Below, piece by piece: positions 30,201 to 36,700 of a stretch of DNA of 48,329 nucleotides; positions within the stretch are counted from its first letter, which is position 1; every line of letters starts with the position of its first letter. The stretch is from contig DITF01000082.1 of NCBI GenBank assembly GCA_002422125.1, forward strand, positions 1 through 48,329, given 5' to 3'. This DNA comes from a bacterium UBP17_UBA6191. GTDB taxonomy: Bacteria > Muiribacteriota > UBA6191. The notes beneath the pieces were generated by a model. The model had not been told where the DNA came from, did not search any database, and was given only the letters and a program-made list of their open reading frames with translations. A program made the translations under genes and the position numbers.

Positions 30201-32397
30201 TCCAGGCCAGCCCTAGAGGAGAGAATCCCTGCTTTTCATAATAGTTAAGGTATTTTAAAGCCTTTTTGTATTCCTGTTTTTGCATCAGAATCTGAGCAAT
30301 CAGATAGGGTAATTCTTCTTCGGAAGGATCGCGCAAAAATAGTTCTTCCAGAATTTCCAATGCCTCATCAGCCTGATTGCAAAGAGCCATTGCCTGCCCA
30401 CGAATTTTTAAAAACCCAGGTTCGGAAATGCCCTCTGTTTCCAAAAGTATTTTTTGGGGGTCGGTTTTGAGGTACTGCTGATAGAGTCTGAGTTTTGTTT
30501 GGACGGAATCGGGATGTAACTCAGACATTGTTTTTAGAAAAAGTTCCTGAAGATCTTCTCTTTCCAGAGTATCAGCTAAAGCTTTGATTCCCTTTAAATG
30601 GATTTCATTTGGCAAAAACTCAGCCTTTAGCCCTGAGATTATTGACTCAAGCTGGCTGTCTTCTTTGAGTGCTGAATATGCCAGAGCCAGGTAAATTTTT
30701 GCGGTGAAAGAGAGGGTGTCTGGGTACTTTAAAGATAGCCTAACTATAGTAGAGGGGCGGTTTAATGTATAGGCCGCCATCACAACCTGCTCCATCAAAT
30801 CAGAATCAATCGCTTCTTCCGGTAACTGAAAGAAGATTTGCAGGGTCTTACTGTATTCTTTTTGTTTACTGTGACAGATACACAATAGCTTTTGTAGCTG
30901 TGGGTCTTCTGGTCGTACTTTTAGACCTTGTTCTATCACACTGATGGCGGATCCATGTTTGTCAAGAAGGATCCTGGCTTTGGCCAAAAGTTTTAAAGAA
31001 TCAAGATGATGGGGTGCTCGGGCCAGATTTGTCTGAATTTCTGTTTCAAGGCTTTCCATATCCTTGATTTCAAATAGGGCACGGCATAAATGGTATCTGA
31101 GATCAAAGTTCTGAGGGTCTTCCAGAATCAGCTCTTTAAATACAAATGAGGCCTGAAGTGCCTGTCCATTTTGCATTAAATCCAGACCTTCCTGAATTTT
31201 GTAACTGAGCTGGATTTGGGAATGTGATTGCACGAGGGTTTTGGCAGTGTCTCTAACTGAGGTAATGTTGCTTTTACAATGTTTTTCAATCAGATGTAAA
31301 AAGGAATCCGGCTTTTGTATCAGCTTTAGACCCAAAAGGATTAAGGGGGCTTTGTCACTTTTAAGAAAACTCAGAATGCTGGATTCCAATTCAGTTTCAC
31401 GAATATTTTGCAAAAACAGGGGATACAGGAGAGATGGTAAAAACTCATAGTCAGATTCCAGTTGCTGCAACAAAAACTCTCGGGCCCTTTGGCCTCCAGC
31501 ATTGCCTAAGACCTGAGCTAAAGTCTTTCTGGACTCGATTTCTGTTTGTATCAGATAGTGCTCACAGACTAAATCAAATTCCAGATCCGATTGCACAGAA
31601 GTTTTTTGCAGGTGTTTACGAACCAGAGTTTTTTCTTTGCCTATTGAGCCAGGTAGCAGGTTTAACAGGGTACCAATTGGGATAGGCAGTTTTTCTGAGT
31701 CCTGCTCCAAGATATTGATCCTTAGGGACTGTGGAAACTCCATAAGCTTTGGAAGGACACAGTTCTTCAATTCAGCCGGTAGATCACAGATACTTAAGGA
31801 AATGGCTTCTAGGACTTTTTCATCAAGATGGGTCACGGAACGAGTCAGTTTTTGAAGCCAGACGGCTCCTTCTTTTTTGATTAAAAGTTTTAAGGCTAGA
31901 ATTCTGTGCTGTATTAGTGGGGCCACCAGAAGTTTTTCCAAATGGGTTTTTTCGGGAAGCTCTTCATGGGTGTCTAGAAGCTCAAGCACTGTGGATACAA
32001 TCTCGGCATCGCCTGTATACAGTAGTTCAAGAATTTCGGCCCTTGGTTTGCTTAGCGGAAACTGCTTTAAGGCTGCCAAAATCTTCTTTTTTCTCATGAG
32101 CGAGGTTTTGGGCAGAAGGCGAAACAGATGTTCCAGAGTCATGGGTGAACTTATCTGGGTGAGGCAGTCCAGGACATCTTCAAACCAGGGAAAGTTATTG
32201 CTGGCTAGTAGTGTGTGCAGGTTTTTTAAACCAGCCTCACTGTATTCCTCTGTGCATAATTTCAGATAGTCTCTAAGCATTTGCCTTGGGGCCCTGCGCA
32301 AATATCGTACAAGGGCGGCATTGGCTTCGATTCCCTGATTATGGACTTGAGAAACATTCACAGGTTTGGCGCTGTGCGGATCATGATATTCCAGCAT
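27289..32397 (-). CDS. Giant TPR-repeat protein with an N-terminal HEAT/ARM-like region
   Basis: 1702 aa and all-helical. Dozens of 34-residue TPR-like units are present, for example ALKYLNYYEKQGFSP, AIAYLKLQESDSALRLL, LANLYYQKEAFENCRQKLVQILTLDPNH and MGNAWLALEKDVKASECFSHYLSHSPDN. There is a 16-nt gap to the cNMP-domain gene. Confidence 0.75.
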   Translation of the reverse strand: MLEYHDPHSAKPVNVSQVHNQGIEANAALVRYLRRAPRQMLRDYLKLCTEEYSEAGLKNLHTLLASNNFPWFEDVLDCLTQISSPMTLEHLFRLLPKTSLMRKKKILAALKQFPLSKPRAEILELLYTGDAEIVSTVLELLDTHEELPEKTHLEKLLVAPLIQHRILALKLLIKKEGAVWLQKLTRSVTHLDEKVLEAISLSICDLPAELKNCVLPKLMEFPQSLRINILEQDSEKLPIPIGTLLNLLPGSIGKEKTLVRKHLQKTSVQSDLEFDLVCEHYLIQTEIESRKTLAQVLGNAGGQRAREFLLQQLESDYEFLPSLLYPLFLQNIRETELESSILSFLKSDKAPLILLGLKLIQKPDSFLHLIEKHCKSNITSVRDTAKTLVQSHSQIQLSYKIQEGLDLMQNGQALQASFVFKELILEDPQNFDLRYHLCRALFEIKDMESLETEIQTNLARAPHHLDSLKLLAKARILLDKHGSAISVIEQGLKVRPEDPQLQKLLCICHSKQKEYSKTLQIFFQLPEEAIDSDLMEQVVMAAYTLNRPSTIVRLSLKYPDTLSFTAKIYLALAYSALKEDSQLESIISGLKAEFLPNEIHLKGIKALADTLEREDLQELFLKTMSELHPDSVQTKLRLYQQYLKTDPQKILLETEGISEPGFLKIRGQAMALCNQADEALEILEELFLRDPSEEELPYLIAQILMQKQEYKKALKYLNYYEKQGFSPLGLAWSRTFCHYKENELPQTREWLIQALMQKPICLEAWRFLIDMAQLGLLNPALSAFLPQSKEVLQQDKVGLLKLALFLKDKNIEESISIHESVLKQFPKTTESLTVLAIHAFETGHFAKAYSHFCALDNNLEPRLLILYAKSALMSMQHHKAMELLIRLYQNPRHRNILSDQIREAIHNQAFFQAIANTFTPQDFLPHRDFCEDYNELIYKLGIRAYSQNKLEVSRQYLMLIDTIKPYRSSFFLGVIAMGQGNQSESRIRLTEALINGDKKPAQIHSLLGEIAHEQNDWAESKKHWTNVLNLSPGRGLLAIEYLFSIHSEMNSLLEFIEITKVRFKTDMPPLVQLLIGKACLVQNLPQEALGYFQKIHDASPYKGDSKYHSAIAYLKLQESDSALRLLTQTAEQKPLPRDFHLHYGHALLMENKLFSARQNLETHLDLISHDKQAILLLCQTTHRQLDAQGLHYYAKIAAERSLLTCSDLVEFVHVLYKQNHKDYAKELLKIGFTDFMQKAHEEGLYLVFQSLIPSKQIHSYWEPLIENNSSMAQKIYARLKIDINLKKLLLESAHKLKPKEYFWPQQLGLIALMQKDLIHSQHWLESAETLFLNEKRSESSVIEFYLQLANLYYQKEAFENCRQKLVQILTLDPNHVDALNRLSFVLGKMGDRVGRFKVDQKLFFANPGSSEVSERLIPAYMEMGDLQNSMLHLKQVLKHHPKDRLKWYKLAELSHKSGMHSQEIQALQALVSLTPDDKENRQLYLKMGNAWLALEKDVKASECFSHYLSHSPDNPALKLQLVQIYKRQKIYPKAQALLMDLLKQDSSNPTLMFELAEIYAEKSDFLKAVPLYKKTLEQKPFLVPARMGLAKILKVQGDFREALIQLDQVLKTEPQNLEAREQKASLYKACGMMAEAKQELEDLYTRQKKPNTLLEIAVLNLRQNHRDTALKQLKQVITDSPSEPRLQKLANSLLMKARTQSA

Positions 32398-32495
32398 GGA
32401 AATACTCCAGAGCTCATCAAATACAAATAATACAAAAAATCAACAAAATTTGTCTTATCAATAGTTATCGGTGAGTTCCTAGATGAAACTGAGGC

Positions 32496-32894
32496 TCAAT
32501 GTGGTTTAATGGCTCTAGCGACAAGTCCTAGGCCACCAAATAACAAAACCAGCATAAGCACCAAAACAAACAGACTGGTGGTCTGAAACCAGATTTGCAG
32601 GGTGGATAGCACTCCAAACAGGATAAATGCCAAGGATAGCAGGCTTAATATCCAGCCAATTTTGGAACCAGCATCGTAGAAAAGAAAAAAGAAGCCAATG
32701 ATGAGAGGAATCAGGCTTATCCCAAAGGCTGTGATACTGGTGTCTCCATAGAGGCTATATCGCATGCCCCAAAAGCCAGAGCTGACTTTGATATTGGTTG
32801 TAAGCAGGTAGCCCCCGGCGGCGGTCATAAAAAGACCTAGAAAAAATTCTCCGATTCCTCCAGATGTACCACCAGCTCCACGCATAACACCCAT
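32496..32894 (-). CDS. Small integral membrane protein (about 4 TM), unknown function
   Basis: 132 aa, almost entirely hydrophobic helices, with a Gly-rich N-terminus. Confidence 0.5.
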   Translation of the reverse strand: MGVMRGAGGTSGGIGEFFLGLFMTAAGGYLLTTNIKVSSGFWGMRYSLYGDTSITAFGISLIPLIIGFFFLFYDAGSKIGWILSLLSLAFILFGVLSTLQIWFQTTSLFVLVLMLVLLFGGLGLVARAIKPH

Positions 32895-32939
32895 TTTAAG
32901 GTTGATGAGAAAAAAAATCCAGACCGATTAAAAAAGAAA

Positions 32940-32968
32940 TTGAAAATCAATTTCAATAGGAGTATATT
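32940..32968 (+). promoter_or_regulatory. Near-consensus sigma70-type promoter
   Basis: TTGAAA (32940-32945), a 17-nt spacer, then TATATT (32963-32968). The predicted TSS is about 32975. Confidence 0.5.
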
Positions 32969-32974
32969 CAACCT

Positions 32975-33055
32975 GTCCTGATGATGAAACAGTCCCTTTG
33001 TGATTGTGGATTCCATCTCCTGTTTTGACCCCCGCCTCGGCGGGGGTTCTTTTTT
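32975..33055 (+). ncRNA. Candidate ~80-nt small transcript (sRNA, or leaderless 15-aa micro-ORF MMKQSLCDCGFHLLF at 32981-33028)
   Basis: It is bounded by the promoter above and by a strong intrinsic terminator. It has no recognised RNA family and the boundaries are inferred. Confidence 0.3.
33029..33055 (+). terminator. Rho-independent terminator
   Basis: GC stem CCCCCGC (33029-33035) pairs with GCGGGGG (33040-33046) around a 4-nt loop CTCG, followed by TTCTTTTTT. It is orientation-specific: the opposite strand has no T-tract. Confidence 0.8.
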
Positions 33056-33202
33056 AAAACAAATTCCTAAGTAAAATTACTAAAGTGTCGAGTTAGTAAA
33101 ATACTACTGCATGATCGCTTGATGTTTCTATTGATTCTGATGTCTAATGAGATCGTGTGGCATTAGGTTTCTCCACACTGGTATGTGAATTGAAGGGATA
33201 AA

Positions 33203-33787
33203 ATGAGGAATGTCTTCTGGATGGTTCTTGTTTGTACCCTCTTTTTACTTGCAGGCTGCGGTGGTGGGGGAGGCGGAGGCGATGGAATTTCCGAGCTTCC
33301 TAATGCGCCTAGCCCTGGGTCGCCGGCCCAAAATCCTGTCATTCCCTTTCAATCTGTGTCAGTAACCCCATCCGATGATGCCCGAATCGATAAACGGGAG
33401 TCTGTGTGTGTGGAGCTTGAGTCGGCAGGCTATTTTAAGTTAACCATTAACAATCAGGTGATAGTGGATCAGTACTTTTTGCATGCAAGCAATCAAAGGT
33501 TAAAATTGCCTTACACCTACTGTCATTCCTTGGCGACTTATTTTAATCCACAAAATCCGCGAGTTGTGGTTCAGGTGGATTCCAGAAATGAGACAAATAC
33601 TGCGACTGCCAGCAAAATTGCAGTACTGCATTATTCTGAAGTTTCTCGTGGCCTCGCAGGTGTCTCTTCTCCCATTGGCCAACCGGAACTGTTTTCAACG
33701 AAATTGGGAATGTGGTTTGGAAGCAGTGTGGCTGTGGATTCGTTATCAGTGTCTGATGCTCTGGTTCAGCGACTGGCTGGTAAATGA
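33203..33787 (+). CDS. Lipoprotein with a poly-Gly tether, first gene of the fibre operon
   Basis: The signal peptide and lipobox LLAGC are followed by GGGGGGGDG. The 194-aa ORF has an ATGA overlap with the fibre gene start. Confidence 0.6.
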   Translation: MRNVFWMVLVCTLFLLAGCGGGGGGGDGISELPNAPSPGSPAQNPVIPFQSVSVTPSDDARIDKRESVCVELESAGYFKLTINNQVIVDQYFLHASNQRLKLPYTYCHSLATYFNPQNPRVVVQVDSRNETNTATASKIAVLHYSEVSRGLAGVSSPIGQPELFSTKLGMWFGSSVAVDSLSVSDALVQRLAGK

Positions 33788-36700
33788 TGAAAATAATCTT
33801 TAGAATCTTAACCTTGGTTTTTGCTCTTCTGCCAGAGGTTTGGGCATTTGATTATTTTGTGTATTCGGGAGCCCTGCTTGATAGAAATGGTTTTGCCATT
33901 GTGGTCAACTCGACAATTAACTTTGAGATTTCTTTATATGATTCGGCCTCAGGTGCCAATTCAGCTTACAAACAACAGTTTGATTCAGTGCCCGTGAAAA
34001 ACGGCTTGTTCAAACTTAGGATTGGTCCAGGGCTCCCCGATCTAAACCGCTTTAATTTTATGGAGTTAGTTGTTGATGGGGTTCCTTTGGACTCACGAAT
34101 CAGTTTATTGCCAAACCCTTTGGCGATTGGGGCTAATCGGGCCAATATATCAGAAAATAGCGTACGATTTGGGGGAATGACCACACAGGAGTTTCTGGCC
34201 TTGTCATCCACGGGTGGGGTTGGCCCAACCGTAGCTCTGACGAGGGTAGAGGTTTTAGAATCTCAGATGAGTGATGTCAGGGCTCGGGCACTGTTCACCA
34301 ATGAAACAGCCACAGTAACGGCATCGATTGTCATGGATAGCGTCACCGGTAGATTGCAGTTTCAAGGTTCCATTCCAGGATCAACCCCCAGTACCAGAAT
34401 TTTGGTATACAACTCTTTGGGGCAATCAGCTTTCACAGTCAAATCTGATGGAGAGGTCATTGCCAGTAAGTTTACGGGAAATGGTTCCGGTCTTACCAAT
34501 GTTGAGGCAGATAAACTAAGGCAGGTAACAATTGTTGGTACCGGAGACATTACCTTAGTTGGTGGGTCTGTGTTAATGGGTACAAATTCAGGGGATGGAG
34601 CAGGTCCTGGAACCATTCCCAATGCCGGCCCTGGGGTAACGGGACTATTAACTGGGGATGATTGGATTCGCTTTAACAATAACACTGGTGGTTCTGGGGG
34701 CAGTACGATTCCCACCAATGTTTTGGTTAAGACAGACATTGTAGATAACTTGATTACTAGTGCCACAGATAAGGTTTTGTCAGCCTCACGGGGCGTGTTT
34801 ATTGCTCAGGAGCTGCAAACCTTAAGAACGGATTTGAATGCTGTTGCGGCAGCTAATGGAGCACCAGTTACATTGACTAAAAATGATGTTGGTCTGGGAA
34901 ATGTTGCCAACCTAAATGTGCAGACTGCTTGGCAACAAAACAAAGGTGTTTCGATTGCATCCGATCTGTTTAAGGCTATTGATTCCGATGGTCTAAAACT
35001 TCAGGCCGCAGATGGTACGGGTATTCAGGTTAGACCTTCAGGACGGGTGGGCATTAATTCCTCTTCTCCTGCGGCGGCTTTAGAAGTGAAAGCCACAGGC
35101 AGTTTTCATGTTTTTGGGGCCTATGCGGCAGGAGATTCTACTCCGGCTATGTTTGTAACCACGGCTGGTTTTGTTGGAGTTCGCATGCAAAACCCGGTGC
35201 ATGAACTGGATGTGGCTGGGACAATTCGAGCCCAGACCTTAAGAGGAGATGGCTCCAATATTACTGGGATCACCAAGGCGCAAATCGGTTTAACCAATGT
35301 ACCAAATACCAATATTGCCTATGCAAACCCCATCGCAGCCGATGCCTTTAATGCCACCGAAGTCGGACATTTGAGGGCTGGTAGATTATCCGATGGTACC
35401 CAGCCCTGGAACAATAATGAGGCCACTCTGGCTCCTGGGACTGTGAATGATTATCTTAGAGGGGATCGAACCTGGCAGCTTTTAAATAAAGGGGCGGTTG
35501 GTTTAAGCAATGTCACAAACAATGAGCAGTTAGCCAAGGCTCAAAATTTAAGTGATCTCCCAGATAAACCCCAGTCCCGGACCAATCTTGGTTTGGGTAC
35601 AATCGCTACCCAGAACTCCAATACGGTAGCAATTACGGGAGGAACCGTTAATGGTACAGTCATTGGGGGAGCCACACCGGCGGCAGCAACCTTTACCACC
35701 GTAAATGCCACCACTTTTATTGGAGACGGTTCACAGCTTACGGGCTTAAATATTCCTTCAGCGGGCACTATTGCATCCCAGAATTTTAATGCTGTCTCTC
35801 TTACAGGTGGTAGTATTAACAATATTCCGATTGGCACAGCTACCCCATCTACAGGTAGATTTACCACGGTTACGGCCAATTCATTTATTGGGGACGGTTC
35901 ACAACTCACTGGTATCACCAAGGCATCCATTGGACTTGGCAATGTACCTAATACCAATATTCAGTACTCATCCGCTATTGCAGCCGATCAGTTTAATGGT
36001 ACCGAGGTCGGGAATTTACGGGCCAATCGTTTAGCTGATGGTACTGAACCCTGGGCCAATCGAGAGCCCCTAATCTCAAGCGGAACAACCAATCAGTTTT
36101 TTCGTGGTGATAAAACCTGGCAGACCTTATCGGCTAGTCAATTCAGCGCAACTGAAGTGGGCAATTTGAGAGCCAACTTTTTAGCCGATGGCTCAACCCC
36201 TTGGACTAACAAAGAAAACTCCATTACCGCGGGTACTACAGCCCAGTATTTTCGCGGTGATAAGTCTTGGCAAACTCTGGATAAAACGGCAGTGGGTCTA
36301 AGCAATGTCCCTAATACAAATATTCAATATTCTTCGGCCATACCAGCCGATCAGTTTTTATCAGGTGAGGTCACCAATCTTCGTGCTTCCCAACTAGCCA
36401 ATGGTTCTACTCCTTGGACTCTTAAGGAGAATGCGATTACCGCAGGCACCACGGCCCAGTATTTTCGCGGCGATAAAACTTGGCAGACCTTGGATAAGGC
36501 AGCAATTGGTCTTTCCAATGTTCCCAATACCCATATTCAGTACTCCACCGCTATTGCCGCTGATCAGTTTTTATCAGGTGAGGTCACCAATCTTCGTGCC
36601 TCACAATTAGCCAATGGCTCTACTCCCTGGACAGGTAAAGAAAATGCCATTACCGCAGGCACTACAGCCCAGTATTTTCGTGGTGATAAAACCTGGCAGA

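Noticed and set aside
32981-33028. Confident annotation of the 15-codon ORF MMKQSLCDCGFHLLF as a real peptide gene
   Set aside because: The only SD-like AGGAG lies 18 nt upstream and would precede the predicted transcription start. Without conservation or ribosome-profiling data it cannot be told apart from a non-coding sRNA or leader. It is kept only as an alternative within the mini-transcript finding.
34362-35957. Antisense ORFs within the fibre gene (34362-34766, 35121-35312, 35541-35957 minus strand), plus 35771-36034 and 36401-36610 on the plus strand in another frame
   Set aside because: They lie wholly inside the 1666-aa ORF. Their open frames are explained by the biased, repetitive Gly/Thr/Asn codon usage, and they have low-complexity Pro/Val-rich translations. 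I treat them as frame shadows.
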